A stretch of DNA of 64,000 nt from Escherichia coli (GTDB taxonomy: Bacteria; Pseudomonadota; Gammaproteobacteria; Enterobacterales; Enterobacteriaceae): the NCBI RefSeq assembly GCF_003790525.1, contig NZ_CP033635.1; one strand, written 5' to 3'. Shown piece after piece: positions 12,156 through 22,769 of the stretch; position 1 is the first letter of the stretch; each line of letters starts with the position of its first letter. A program made the position numbers and the translations under genes. Below the pieces are notes generated by a model, which was not told the DNA's origin, did not search any database, and saw nothing but the letters and a program-made list of their open reading frames with translations.

Positions 12156-13490
12156 ATGCCGCGCTATCAGGATATCGCCCGTCAGTTAAAAACGGCTATT
12201 GAGCAAGGGGAACTGAAACCCGGCGCAAGGCTGCCTTCAAGTCGTACCTGGTCGCAGGAGCTGGGGGTGTCTCGATCCACTGTCGAAAATGCGTATGCTG
12301 AGCTGGTGGCGCAAGGATGGCTGATCAGGCGGGGACAGGCTGGCACATTTGTCAGTGAGCGGATATATCCGCAACAATCTACTGTACAAGTTGTAGCTTT
12401 TGCCGGTGAAAGTCAGCAACCGTTGCCATTTCAAATGGGATTACCCGCACTCGATCTCTTTCCGCGAGAGCTGTGGGCGCGGGTGATGGGGCGTCGCCTT
12501 CGTACCCAGACGCGCTTTGATTTGGCGTTAGGCGATGTCTGCGGTGAGGCGGCGTTGCGCGAGGCAATAGTTGATTACTTACGCGTTTCACGTGGGATTG
12601 ATTGTCAGCCAGAGCAGGTCTTTATCACTCACGGTTATGCGGCCTCAATAGCTTTAATTCTGCACGCGCTGGCGAAACCGGGAAACGGGATGTGGATAGA
12701 AGATCCCGGCTTTCCACTGATTCGCCCGATTGTCACTCGCCATGATGTGGAAATTTTGCCTGTGCCGGTTGATGACAATGGACTGGATATCACAAGCGGA
12801 ATACAAAATTATCCTGATGCGCGTTTTGCCCTGATAACACCAGCACACCAAAGTCCGCTGGGTGTGGCGCTCTCTTTAGCGCGCAGGCATCAGATACTGG
12901 AATGGGCAGATCGTAGTCAGGCATGGATTATTGAAGATGATTATGACAGTGAGTTTCGCTATCACGGTAAGCCGTTACCGGCGTTGAAAAGTCTCGACGC
13001 ACCGCAGCGGGTAATTTATGCCGGAACATTCAGCAAAGCGCTATTTCCTGCATTGCGCTGTGCGTGGCTGGTGGTGCCGGTGAAGCAAATTGCACAATTC
13101 CGCCACCAGGCGTCACTGGCTCCATGTGCGGTACCTGTTCTATGGCAGAACACACTGGCAGACTTTCTTCGCGAGGGGCATTTCTGGCGGCATCTGAAGA
13201 AAATGCGTCAGCATTATGCTCAACGTCGGCAATGGATTGAGCAAGCGTTGACGCAGCAAGGATTTCAGGTTGTGCCGCAGAAAGGTGGTATCCAGATGGT
13301 GATCAGAATGATAGGCGATGATATTGCCCATGCGCGTAAAGCCAATGCTGCAGGCCTTGCGGTGCAGGCACTTAGCGACTGGCGTATCCGTTCAAGTGGG
13401 GAAGGTGGATTACTGCTTTCGTTTACTAATATCGTTAACGAAGGTATGGCGCGACAGGTAGCACAACAATTACGTAAAGCCTTAAGCTAA
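12156..13490 (+). CDS. MocR/GabR-type regulator (GntR HTH fused to PLP aminotransferase-like domain)
   Basis: 444-aa ORF; N-terminal winged-HTH (LPSSRTWSQELGVSRSTVENAYAELVAQG) and C-terminal fold-type-I motif with putative PLP lysine (TFSKALFPALRCAWLVVP). Divergent from the AhpD-like gene. Confidence 0.75.
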   Translation: MPRYQDIARQLKTAIEQGELKPGARLPSSRTWSQELGVSRSTVENAYAELVAQGWLIRRGQAGTFVSERIYPQQSTVQVVAFAGESQQPLPFQMGLPALDLFPRELWARVMGRRLRTQTRFDLALGDVCGEAALREAIVDYLRVSRGIDCQPEQVFITHGYAASIALILHALAKPGNGMWIEDPGFPLIRPIVTRHDVEILPVPVDDNGLDITSGIQNYPDARFALITPAHQSPLGVALSLARRHQILEWADRSQAWIIEDDYDSEFRYHGKPLPALKSLDAPQRVIYAGTFSKALFPALRCAWLVVPVKQIAQFRHQASLAPCAVPVLWQNTLADFLREGHFWRHLKKMRQHYAQRRQWIEQALTQQGFQVVPQKGGIQMVIRMIGDDIAHARKANAAGLAVQALSDWRIRSSGEGGLLLSFTNIVNEGMARQVAQQLRKALS

Positions 13491-13516
13491 AAAACCCCGA
13501 AGCCAGGCTTCGGGGT
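13491..13516. terminator. Stem-loop between the convergent MocR-like gene and ygaM
   Basis: ccccgaag-ccagg-cttcgggg hairpin flanked by an A-run on the + strand (T-run on the - strand); likely ygaM terminator. Confidence 0.5.
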
Positions 13517-13546
13517 CAAAGACGCGTATTTATTATCATTTTTGCA

Positions 13547-13876
13547 TTACGATTTGCGCATGCTTAACAGTGCGCCGATAAAAATACCCACCGCTGCCGC
13601 TGTACCCACACTACACCAGGGTCTTTCACGAACAAAAGAATCCGCGCAGCCAACGGCATCGCGCGCGGCTTGCTGGACGCGAGTACGACCATGCATCCGC
13701 GCCCTGGTTTCTTTCAGTAGAGCCTGCGCTTTACTACGAGCGGCTTCGGCTTCCCCTTTGGCGTCGCTGCACCAGGACTTCAATACAGATTCGAGACTGT
13801 CAGCTAATTGATTGACATCATTCTGGATATCTTGCACGCCATCATCAACGTCGTTGCGGTTCGGTCGGTTAAACAT
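13547..13876 (-). CDS. ygaM: DUF883 (ElaB/YqjD/YgaM family) membrane-anchored protein YgaM
   Basis: ORF MFNRPNRNDVDDGVQDIQNDV... with C-terminal hydrophobic anchor; start taken at the ATG preceded by GGGGGA. Confidence 0.85.
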   Translation of the reverse strand: MFNRPNRNDVDDGVQDIQNDVNQLADSLESVLKSWCSDAKGEAEAARSKAQALLKETRARMHGRTRVQQAARDAVGCADSFVRERPWCSVGTAAAVGIFIGALLSMRKS

Positions 13877-14027
13877 ATGATCCCCCATTAGAATTCGATG
13901 TAATTTTCAGTGTAGACCATAATTTTCTTAACTGAGGTTCATCGCGGCTTTATGGACTTTTCTGAAAGCGTTGTGAATGCGCAATCAGGTAAGGTAGGCC
14001 CGCGGTTGATAATAACGAGGATCAAAT

Positions 14028-14372
14028 ATGTATTTACGACCAGACGAGGTGGCGCGCGTACTTGAAAAAGTCGGTTTTACTGTCGATGTGGTAACCCAGA
14101 AAGCGTATGGTTACCGCCGTGGGGAAAATTATGTCTATGTTAATCGCGAAGCGCGAATGGGACGTACCGCCCTGGTGATTCATCCAACATTAAAAGAACG
14201 TAGTTCAACACTGGCTGAACCCGCTTCCGATATTAAAACTTGCGATCATTACCAGCAATTTCCGCTCTATTTAGCGGGTGAACGTCATGAGCATTACGGT
14301 ATCCCGCATGGCTTTAGTTCGCGTGTTGCGCTTGAACGTTATTTGAATGGTTTATTTGGCGAAGCCAGTTAA
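14028..14372 (+). CDS. ygaC: DUF2002 protein YgaC
   Basis: 114-aa [32 protein letters not shown]... Confidence 0.85.
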
Positions 14373-14408
14373 AGACGCGACTGGCGATGCCAGTCGCGAA
14401 AAGAAGGG

Positions 14409-14858
14409 TCAGGCTTTTACCTGCTGGTAACGGCTGACTTTAAACAGTCGGCGGCAATAATCGAGGAAGTAGCCATAAACCGCCCCCATCAACATCGAAA
14501 CAACGATGTTTGAACTGACTGCCGCCATAATCTGATGCCAGTCTGCGCCCACCACTAACAAGATCGCCACATACACCGGTGACTGGAACGTCACATAAGC
14601 CAGGATATCCGCCAGATTTTTTATCCAGCCCGACGGGCTAACTTTGCGTGCCGCGCGCATAAACAGATCGCGGTACATACCGTATGGCCATGCAATTAAG
14701 ATGTTCACCGGAATCGCTACCAATCTGGAATAAAAAGACTGTTCGAAGCTCATTCCGGAGAGGAAAACTTCAATACACATGTTCACGACAGAACAGTAAA
14801 CAACCATCGCGAACGTATCTGCAACTGCATGACGCAAGCGTGACTGCGGTGAGAACAT
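14409..14858 (-). CDS. alaE: L-alanine exporter AlaE (YgaW)
   Basis: 149-aa hydrophobic [24 protein letters not shown]... Confidence 0.85.
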   Translation of the reverse strand: MFSPQSRLRHAVADTFAMVVYCSVVNMCIEVFLSGMSFEQSFYSRLVAIPVNILIAWPYGMYRDLFMRAARKVSPSGWIKNLADILAYVTFQSPVYVAILLVVGADWHQIMAAVSSNIVVSMLMGAVYGYFLDYCRRLFKVSRYQQVKA

Positions 14859-15525
14859 GCTAATGCTCCTTAATAAAAGCGTAATGGGATGTTAATGGAG
14901 ATGAAAGCAGTGGATCTCATTGCCATCTGCATTTTCGCATAGCGTATATCGCTGGCTATGACTAATCAATTAGTGAAAAATTTTTATTTAATCTGTTTTT
15001 GTAGATAAAATATTCCGTAACAGCGCGTTTTTTGTACATTGTGGATTTTTACATGCCGATATGATTTATTTTTAATTAAATCAATTGGATATGTGTTTAC
15101 CTTTATTATCACTCATGAAGGTTTGGGGGTGAGGTAACGCTATAAGCGTAGAGAATTCGGTGTATGTCGTGACCGGGTCATTTTCAGCATTTTTTATGCC
15201 AGAAAATGTACATTGACAGCAGAAAGCACCAGTGAGGGGTGTTTCCATTTATTCGGTTAAATTGCATTTTTATTCATTTTTGTTTTGTCAGGCTTGCGGA
15301 ATTAGCGAGCAGAGAGCGCCGCTCTGCTCACAAATAACCGAAATTACTCATCAAAATGGCTAATATATAATCTTGAAATTATTCTGAGAGTTTCAGAAAA
15401 TAACAGCTGAAATAATCTCGCGCAGGACTGTAAATAGATTAAATTTTGTGGAAATATAATAAGTGATCGCTTACACTACGCGACGAAATACTTTTTTGTT
15501 TTGGCGTTAAAAGGTTTTCTTTATT

Positions 15526-15930
15526 ATGTCCGTAATGTTACAAAGTTTAAATAACATTCGCACCCTCCGTGCGATGGCTCGCGAATTCTCCATTGACGTT
15601 CTTGAAGAAATGCTCGAAAAATTCAGGGTTGTCACTAAAGAAAGACGTGAAGAAGAAGAACAGCAGCAGCGTGAACTGGCAGAGCGCCAGGAAAAAATTA
15701 GCACCTGGCTGGAGCTGATGAAAGCTGACGGAATTAACCCGGAAGAGTTATTGGGTAATAGCTCCGCGGCCGCCCCACGCGCTGGTAAAAAACGCCAGCC
15801 GCGTCCGGCGAAATATAAATTCACCGATGTTAACGGTGAAACTAAAACCTGGACCGGTCAGGGCCGTACACCGAAGCCAATCGCTCAGGCGCTGGCAGAA
15901 GGTAAATCTCTCGACGATTTCCTGATCTAA
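15526..15930 (+). CDS. stpA: H-NS paralogue StpA
   Basis: 134-aa [37 protein letters not shown]... Confidence 0.95.
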   Translation: MSVMLQSLNNIRTLRAMAREFSIDVLEEMLEKFRVVTKERREEEEQQQRELAERQEKISTWLELMKADGINPEELLGNSSAAAPRAGKKRQPRPAKYKFTDVNGETKTWTGQGRTPKPIAQALAEGKSLDDFLI

Positions 15931-15976
15931 TTACTGAGGCCGGATGCCGCCGCTATGGCGCGTCCGGCGTCGCTTC

Positions 15977-16501
15977 TCAAGCTCGTTGGTTCCACGGCAT
16001 CTTATCTAACAACCTTGCCATCCCACAAAAACCGCTAATTCCTGCAAACAGTAACCCGGCACCAACAAAGCCGCTTAATAAGAAGAAACCGCTATTTACG
16101 GTATAACCCAGTATAACGCCGATTAATATTAAACCACCCGCAGCGATCTGCACCTGGCGCATTAACGGCAAGGGTTGAGATTTATTTACCGCTACTAGTA
16201 ATCCTGCTTTTTTCCAGCCATCAATCCCATCTTCGAGTAAAAAGATTTCTGCGGGGGCGGCAATCGCTGCTAATTTATCGGCGTTATTACTGGTGCGTTT
16301 ACCTGCCTGGCAGTGGAATATAATTTGCTCGCGACGTAATTTAGCCGGAAGACCTGACTGTTCCAGCACGGATAATGGAGCCAGATCTGCTTCAGGAATA
16401 TGTTCACGAAGATATTCATCAGCGTCACGAATATCGATTAACTTTGCGCCGCGTGCGATTAATTCTTGTGCATCATGCGGCGAAATGGTTGTCAAAGCCA
16501 T
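15977..16501 (-). CDS. ygaP: Membrane-anchored rhodanese (thiosulfate sulfurtransferase) YgaP
   Basis: 174-aa ORF with active-site Cys in ...[12 protein letters not shown]... and C-terminal transmembrane helices. Confidence 0.88.
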   Translation of the reverse strand: MALTTISPHDAQELIARGAKLIDIRDADEYLREHIPEADLAPLSVLEQSGLPAKLRREQIIFHCQAGKRTSNNADKLAAIAAPAEIFLLEDGIDGWKKAGLLVAVNKSQPLPLMRQVQIAAGGLILIGVILGYTVNSGFFLLSGFVGAGLLFAGISGFCGMARLLDKMPWNQRA

Positions 16502-16510
16502 AGTGACTCC

Positions 16511-16810
16511 TTACGGACAATAGACATTTTTCAGGGTGGCGATAATGGCATTTACCGCCTCATTTTTAATGGAATATAGAATGCGTTGGGCATCCCGTTG
16601 TCTGTCGATAAGCCCTTCGTCCCGCATACGAGCGAGATGCTGTGATGTCGCAGAGGCACTCAGTCCGGTAATGCGCGTCAGCTCTCCCGCACTGGTGCCG
16701 GGGGAACCGCTAAGCATGCACAGAATCAGCAACCGTTTAGGGTGGCTCATTGCTTTCAATAAGGCCGCTGCCTGTTCGGCACTGGCCTGCAATTGCGCGA
16801 GTTCAGTCAT
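16511..16810 (-). CDS. ygaV: ArsR/SmtB-family transcriptional regulator YgaV
   Basis: 99-aa ORF with HTH; likely co-transcribed with ygaP. Confidence 0.88.
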   Translation of the reverse strand: MTELAQLQASAEQAAALLKAMSHPKRLLILCMLSGSPGTSAGELTRITGLSASATSQHLARMRDEGLIDRQRDAQRILYSIKNEAVNAIIATLKNVYCP

Positions 16811-16992
16811 AGTTATTTAAGTATTTTCTAAATTAAGAAAACTCTAAACTAAAAATATAACATATGCCAGCATCAGCAGCGTAAATGAGAGTAAAAGCGT
16901 AAGCTGAAACTGGCAGGCTCCGCTAAAATTACTACGCTTAAGAGATAAAATCTCTTTTTAAACAATGAGTAATTTTCTTATAGGGAGTACAT

Positions 16993-17151
16993 ATGGGTTT
17001 CTGGAGAATCGTCATCACCATCATTCTGCCGCCGCTCGGCGTGCTGCTCGGTAAAGGGTTCGGTTGGGCGTTCATTATTAATATTCTGCTGACACTGCTT
17101 GGGTATATCCCCGGTTTGATTCACGCTTTCTGGGTGCAAACCCGCGATTAA
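16993..17151 (+). CDS. yqaE: Pmp3/YqaE-family small membrane protein
   Basis: 52-aa ORF MGFWRIVITIILPPLGVLLGKGFGWAFIINILLTLLGYIPGLIHAFWVQTRD read from sequence (below the track length cutoff). Confidence 0.85.
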   Translation: MGFWRIVITIILPPLGVLLGKGFGWAFIINILLTLLGYIPGLIHAFWVQTRD

Positions 17152-17234
17152 ACCTGTCCTCACCCCCGCGGCGTTAACGCGCCGCGTTCCTCTGCTACAC
17201 TTTCTGAGTGTTTCCGTTAACGAATGAGGTAGCT

Positions 17235-17684
17235 ATGGGTCTGTTCAATTTTGTGAAAGATGCCGGAGAAAAACTCTGGGACGCGGTTACAGGTCAGCAC
17301 GATAAAGACGATCAGGCGAAGAAGGTGCAGGAGCATCTGAACAAAACCGGTATACCTGATGCCGATAAAGTGAACATTCAAATCGCCGACGGCAAAGCGA
17401 CGGTCACGGGTGATGGCCTGAGTCAGGAGGCGAAGGAGAAAATCCTTGTTGCGGTGGGGAATATTTCCGGTATTGCCAGTGTCGATGATCAGGTGAAAAC
17501 GGCGACACCAGCCGCTGCCAGCCAGTTTTATACCGTTAAGTCTGGCGACACTCTGAGTGCCATTTCCAAACAGGTCTACGGTAACGCCAATCTGTACAAT
17601 AAAATCTTCGAAGCGAATAAACCGATGCTAAAAAGCCCGGATAAAATTTACCCGGGGCAAGTGTTGCGTATTCCTGAAGAGTAG
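17235..17684 (+). CDS. kbp: BON + LysM domain protein Kbp (YgaU)
   Basis: ORF starting [18 protein letters not shown]...; C-terminal LysM ([27 protein letters not shown]). Confidence 0.88.
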   Translation: MGLFNFVKDAGEKLWDAVTGQHDKDDQAKKVQEHLNKTGIPDADKVNIQIADGKATVTGDGLSQEAKEKILVAVGNISGIASVDDQVKTATPAAASQFYTVKSGDTLSAISKQVYGNANLYNKIFEANKPMLKSPDKIYPGQVLRIPEE

Positions 17685-18347
17685 TTAATTGCCAGCCATC
17701 GCCTGCTGGATAATGGGAATTGGCGTCAGTAAATGCTGGCGCATTAACTCACTGGCGCGCGCGGTATCTCGCGCCAGTACCGCCGCAGTCAGGGTCTGGT
17801 GCTGATCGTGTTTATCCTCCAGCATCTCCACCGAAAGCACTGTTCGCCGCAGCCAGATAAATCGATAGCGCGCCGCCAGATCAAACAACCGTTCACGCAT
17901 TTGCAGCAAATAGTGAGAACCACAGCCCGCCACAATTGCAGTATGAAACGCCTGATGACGAAGATCCCACTCATCAAGCATTTTCTCACTGGCGTCACAG
18001 GCCTCCAGCTTACTGAGCAGATGCGCTTTTGCGAGAACGTCTGCCTCCCATTCATCGCCACCGCGGGCAATCGCCAGACTGACCAGCATCGCTTCCATAT
18101 TGGCGCGGGCGTCGAAAATATCGAGCAGCTCCTGCTCTGACATAGACGCCACCCGATACCCTTTTTGATTCACCACCGTGACCAGCCGTTCCGCCACCAG
18201 TTGCGAAAGAGCTTCCCGTAACGGCCCAACGCCAAGTGCATAACGCGATGTCAGCAAACTCATCCGTAATTTTTCATCCGGTTGAAAATTACCGCGAATA
18301 ATATCGTTCTTCAGCCAGCGATAGCCATCCAGAGACGTAATGGTCAT
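17685..18347 (-). CDS. csiR: GntR-family repressor CsiR (YgaE)
   Basis: ORF MTITSLDGYRWLKNDIIRGNF...; start at the ATG preceded by AGGAG. Confidence 0.88.
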   Translation of the reverse strand: MTITSLDGYRWLKNDIIRGNFQPDEKLRMSLLTSRYALGVGPLREALSQLVAERLVTVVNQKGYRVASMSEQELLDIFDARANMEAMLVSLAIARGGDEWEADVLAKAHLLSKLEACDASEKMLDEWDLRHQAFHTAIVAGCGSHYLLQMRERLFDLAARYRFIWLRRTVLSVEMLEDKHDQHQTLTAAVLARDTARASELMRQHLLTPIPIIQQAMAGN

Positions 18348-18367
18348 GGTGTGACTCCTGATCATTA

Positions 18368-19768
18368 TCAGCGCGTATTATGAACGGGTGTTTTTTGCCA
18401 CAATACCAGCTTTTTCCAGCGAGCCATAATTGGCACGGTACAGATAATCCCTATCGCTAATAAGCCGGTGGAGATCACTTCTAACTGTTGCGCCGGGCGG
18501 AATAGCATCACTACCAACACAAAGGTAATAAAGCCGATGACCAGCCAGGTGAGCCACGGATAAAGCCACATCCGCAGGCGAATTTCGCTTCCTTCTGCTC
18601 GCAGAATTTTGCGCATCCGCAATTGTGAAACGGCGATGACTAAATAAACCAGCAGGGCGATAGCACCGGAGCTGTCGATCAGAAATTTAAACACTTTCGC
18701 AGGCGCGTAATAATTCACCACCACCGTTAAAAATGCCGCGCCGGTGGAGAGTAATACCGCCACATACGGGGTTTTACTGCGGTTGATTTTACCCATTACC
18801 GCGGGCGCATCACCGCGACGGCTTAAGGAGTAGAGCATTCTGGAAGCGGTATACAGCGCCGAGTTCAGGCAACTGGTTACGGAAAGTAATATCACGCAGT
18901 CCATGATTAATTTCGCATGGGGAATATTGAGCAACTCCAGAACCGAGCGATAAGATCCAACGGCTTTCAGCCCCGGCATATTCCACGGTATTAATGCCAC
19001 GACGACAAAAATAGAGCACAAATAGAAGATAGAAATACGCCAGATAACCGAGTTGGTGGCGCGGACAATATGTTTTTCCGGCGTGTCAGATTCCGCGGCG
19101 GCAATAGTGACAATTTCTGCGCCCATAAACGAGAACATGGTGATCAACATCGCGCTTAATACCGCACCGAAGCCGTTGGGCATAAAGCCGCCGCTATCCC
19201 ACAATCTTGAGATCCCGCTCACTTCGGCATAAGGGTAAAAACCGCTAATTGCGACTGCACCAAGGAAAATAAAGGCCAGGATAGCGATGACTTTGCACAG
19301 CGCCAGCCAGAACTCAAATTCGCCGTAGTTTTTAACGCTTAATAAATTACTGCCAGTCAAGGCGAGGGTAATGACCAGGGAAAATAACCAGATGGGAATG
19401 CCTGGAACCCACGAGTGCAGGATCATGGCGGCGATGTTGGCTTCCAGTGGGATAACCAGTACCCAAAACCACCAGTACAACCAGCCGATGGTATAGCCCG
19501 CCCAACGGCCAATGGCTTTATCGGCATAGGTGGAAAACGAACCGGTATCGGGCGTGGCAACCGCCATTTCCGCCAACATCCGCATAATCATAACCACCAG
19601 TAATCCGGCGAACAGATAGGCCAGTAATACCGCCGGGCCCGCTTCGGCGATGGCGACGCTGGAACCGACAAACAGACTTGCGCCGATAACACCGGCAATA
19701 GACAACATGGTGACGTGGCGTGACTTCAGCCCGCCGCCTAACTCATGTGGTTGCGATGATTGCCCCAT
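18368..19768 (-). CDS. gabP: GABA permease GabP (APC family)
   Basis: ORF MGQSSQPHELGGGLKSRHVTMLSIAGVIGASLF... with 12 predicted TM segments. Confidence 0.93.
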   Translation of the reverse strand: MGQSSQPHELGGGLKSRHVTMLSIAGVIGASLFVGSSVAIAEAGPAVLLAYLFAGLLVVMIMRMLAEMAVATPDTGSFSTYADKAIGRWAGYTIGWLYWWFWVLVIPLEANIAAMILHSWVPGIPIWLFSLVITLALTGSNLLSVKNYGEFEFWLALCKVIAILAFIFLGAVAISGFYPYAEVSGISRLWDSGGFMPNGFGAVLSAMLITMFSFMGAEIVTIAAAESDTPEKHIVRATNSVIWRISIFYLCSIFVVVALIPWNMPGLKAVGSYRSVLELLNIPHAKLIMDCVILLSVTSCLNSALYTASRMLYSLSRRGDAPAVMGKINRSKTPYVAVLLSTGAAFLTVVVNYYAPAKVFKFLIDSSGAIALLVYLVIAVSQLRMRKILRAEGSEIRLRMWLYPWLTWLVIGFITFVLVVMLFRPAQQLEVISTGLLAIGIICTVPIMARWKKLVLWQKTPVHNTR

Positions 19769-19839
19769 CCTGAATCCTCTCGAAAGTGTGTCACTTGGGA
19801 GAGCGCCCCGACATTTCCCGCGTCGGGTCACGCGTTTAA

Positions 19840-19995
19840 TTGTTATTGGTTCTTTTTGCCGGAGAGCGGCTCCGCCTTATCCGGCCGACATAGATTTATT
19901 CCTGTTCACGTACAGATTGTCGGATGCGGCGTAAACGCCTTATCCGACCTGGATTCTCGTAGGCCGGACAAGCCGCAAAGCGTCGCCTCCGGCAT
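19840..19995. repeat. REP/BIME cluster between gabT and gabP
   Basis: Repeated gccggatgcggcgtaaacgccttatccg / ggccgacatagatt motifs typical of E. coli REP palindromes. Confidence 0.75.
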
Positions 19996-20004
19996 GGTGC
20001 GGTG

Positions 20005-21285
20005 CTACAGCTTCGCCTCAGCAAAACACTGGCTGATGATCTCCAGACCCTGACGGATCTGAGCGTCTTCAATGGTGAGCGGTACAAGGATGCGCAGCAC
20101 GTTGTAATACGGGCCGCAGGAGAGAAGAATCAGACCCTTATCGCGGGCGCGTGCCACGATCTCGGCGGTGAGTTTTGCGTCCGGTTTGCTGGGATCGCCA
20201 TCTTCAAACAGCTCGATGGCGATCATCGCCCCCAGCCCGCGTACGTCGCCGATCTCCGGGTGTTTTTCGGCGATCGCCAGCAATCCGTCTTTCAGCTTCT
20301 GCCCCAGAACGTTGGCTTTTTGCAGCAGATTTTCCTGCTCGAACACCTTCAACACTTCCAGCGCCGCTACGCAGGCAATCGGGTTACCGGCATAGGTGCC
20401 ACCCAGTCCGCCCGGTGCGACGGCGTCCATCACTTCCGCGCGCCCGGTGACGCCCGCCAGCGGGAAACCGCCTGCGATCGATTTCGCAAAGGTGGTGAGA
20501 TCTGGTGCCACGCCCATTTGCTCCATCGCAAACAGCGTGCCGGTACGCCCTGCGCCGCTCTGCACTTCATCGGCAATCAGCATGATCCCGTGCTCGTCAC
20601 ACAGCGCGCGTAAACGCTGCATAAAGGCTGGCGTCGCGGCGTAGAAACCGCCTTCGCCCTGAACGGGCTCAATCACGATGGCGGCGATATCTTCCGGCGC
20701 GGCATCATTTTTGAAGATCCGGTGGATGCTGGCGATAGCGTCATCCTCGCTTATGCCGTGCAGCGGGCAAGGATAAAGCGCGCGATAAACATGACCCGGC
20801 ATCAGCCCCATGCCCGCAGAGTACGGATTCACCTTGCCGGTCAGCGCCAGCGTGTAATGCGTGCGCCCGTGATACGCGCCGCTAAAAGCGATGGTGCCGC
20901 TACGTTTGGTGGCGGCGCGGGCGATTTTCACCGCGTTTTCCACCGCTTCGGAACCGGTCGTAACCAGCAGCGTTTTCTTGGCGAAATCGCCCGGCACCTT
21001 CTGATTCATAATCTCGCACAGCTCCAGATACGGCTCGTAAGCCAGCACCTGGAAGCAGGTGTGCGACAGTTTTTTCAACTGCGCTTCCACCGCGGCCACC
21101 ACCTTCGGATGCAGGTGCCCGGTATTGAGCACCGCAATCCCGCCCGCGAAATCAAGATACTCACGGCCTTCAACGTCCCACACCCGGCAGTTTTCCGCGC
21201 GGTCAGCGAAAATCGGGTGAATTTGCCCAACGCCACGGGGAATCGCCTGACTGCGGCGCTGCATTAACTCTTTATTGCTGCTCAT
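20005..21285 (-). CDS. gabT: 4-aminobutyrate aminotransferase GabT
   Basis: 426-aa PLP class III aminotransferase ORF. Confidence 0.95.
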   Translation of the reverse strand: MSSNKELMQRRSQAIPRGVGQIHPIFADRAENCRVWDVEGREYLDFAGGIAVLNTGHLHPKVVAAVEAQLKKLSHTCFQVLAYEPYLELCEIMNQKVPGDFAKKTLLVTTGSEAVENAVKIARAATKRSGTIAFSGAYHGRTHYTLALTGKVNPYSAGMGLMPGHVYRALYPCPLHGISEDDAIASIHRIFKNDAAPEDIAAIVIEPVQGEGGFYAATPAFMQRLRALCDEHGIMLIADEVQSGAGRTGTLFAMEQMGVAPDLTTFAKSIAGGFPLAGVTGRAEVMDAVAPGGLGGTYAGNPIACVAALEVLKVFEQENLLQKANVLGQKLKDGLLAIAEKHPEIGDVRGLGAMIAIELFEDGDPSKPDAKLTAEIVARARDKGLILLSCGPYYNVLRILVPLTIEDAQIRQGLEIISQCFAEAKL

Positions 21286-21298
21286 TCGCGTTCTCCAG

Positions 21299-22747
21299 TT
21301 AAAGACCGATGCACATATATTTGATTTCTAAGTAATCTTCGATGCCATACTTCGAACCTTCACGACCCAGACCCGAGGCTTTAATGCCGCCGAACGGGGC
21401 CACTTCATTGGAAATAATGCCGGTATTGATGCCGACGATGCCGTACTCCAGCGCTTCGCCCACGCGGAAGACGCGGCTTAAATCACGGGCGTAGAAATAG
21501 GCGGCAAGGCCAAACTCGGTGTCATTGGCCTGCGCAATCACATCGGCTTCATCTTTAAAGCGGAATAGCGGGGCAAGGGGGCCGAACGTCTCTTCTTTCG
21601 ACACTTTGGCGTTAGCCGGAACGTCCACCAGAATGGTCGGCTGGAAGAAGTTACCGCCGCGTTCATGTGCTTTACCGCCGCAAACCACGCGCGCGCCTTT
21701 CTCCAGCGCATCGGCAATATGCTCTTCCACTTTTGCTACCGCTTTTTCATCGATCAGCGGCCCGATGGTGACGCCTTTCTCCAGCCCGTTGCCGATGTGC
21801 AGTTTGCTCACCGCCTGCTGCAATTTTTCGGCAAAGCGGTCATACACGCCGTTCTGCACGTATAAACGGTTGGCGCAGACGCAGGTTTGCCCGGCGTTGC
21901 GGAATTTCGAGGCCAGTGCGCCTTCCACGGCTTTGTCGAGGTCGGCATCGTCAAAGACGATAAACGGCGCGTTGCCGCCCAGCTCCAGCGACACTTTCTT
22001 GATGTCTTTCGCGCACTGTTCCATTAACTGGCGGCCAATTTCGGTCGAGCCGGTAAACGACAGCTTGCGCACCAGCGGGTTGCTGGTCAGTTCGTTACCG
22101 ACCGCGCCCGCCGAACCGGTGACCACGTTAAACACGCCAGCCGGAACGCCCGCGCGAATCGCCAGTTCTGCCAGCGCCAGCGCAGAGAACGGCGTCTGAC
22201 TGGCGGGCTTCAGCACCATCGTGCAGCCTGCCGCCAGCGCCGGACCTGCTTTACGGGTAATCATCGCCGCCGGGAAGTTCCACGGCGTGATAGCCGCGGT
22301 GACGCCAATCGGCTGCTTGATAACAATCAGGCGTTTATCGGCCTGATGACCGGGAATGGTGTCGCCATAAATACGTTTGCCTTCTTCAGCAAACCACTCA
22401 ATAAATGAGGCGGCGTAGCTGATTTCGCCTTTCGCTTCGGCCAGTGGTTTGCCCTGTTCGAGGGTCATCAGGCGCGCTAAATCGTCCTGATGCTCCATCA
22501 TCAAATTGAACCAGTTGCGCAGAATGTTGGCGCGTTCTTTGGCGGTGAGCGCACGCCAGGCGGGCAGAGCGCGGTTGGCGGCGTCGATAGCGGCGCGGGT
22601 TTCATCAGCGCCCATTTTGGGTACGCTACCCAGCTTGTCGCCGTTCGCCGGATTGGTGACGTCGATGACCTCGCCATTGTTGGCGTCCAGCCATTCCCCG
22701 TTAATCAACGCCTGCTGGCGGAATAAGTTACTGTCGTTAAGTTTCAT
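21299..22747 (-). CDS. gabD: Succinate-semialdehyde dehydrogenase (NADP+) GabD
   Basis: 482-aa aldehyde dehydrogenase ORF. Confidence 0.95.
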   Translation of the reverse strand: MKLNDSNLFRQQALINGEWLDANNGEVIDVTNPANGDKLGSVPKMGADETRAAIDAANRALPAWRALTAKERANILRNWFNLMMEHQDDLARLMTLEQGKPLAEAKGEISYAASFIEWFAEEGKRIYGDTIPGHQADKRLIVIKQPIGVTAAITPWNFPAAMITRKAGPALAAGCTMVLKPASQTPFSALALAELAIRAGVPAGVFNVVTGSAGAVGNELTSNPLVRKLSFTGSTEIGRQLMEQCAKDIKKVSLELGGNAPFIVFDDADLDKAVEGALASKFRNAGQTCVCANRLYVQNGVYDRFAEKLQQAVSKLHIGNGLEKGVTIGPLIDEKAVAKVEEHIADALEKGARVVCGGKAHERGGNFFQPTILVDVPANAKVSKEETFGPLAPLFRFKDEADVIAQANDTEFGLAAYFYARDLSRVFRVGEALEYGIVGINTGIISNEVAPFGGIKASGLGREGSKYGIEDYLEIKYMCIGL

Positions 22748-22769
22748 TGTTACGTCCTGTTTTCAAAGG

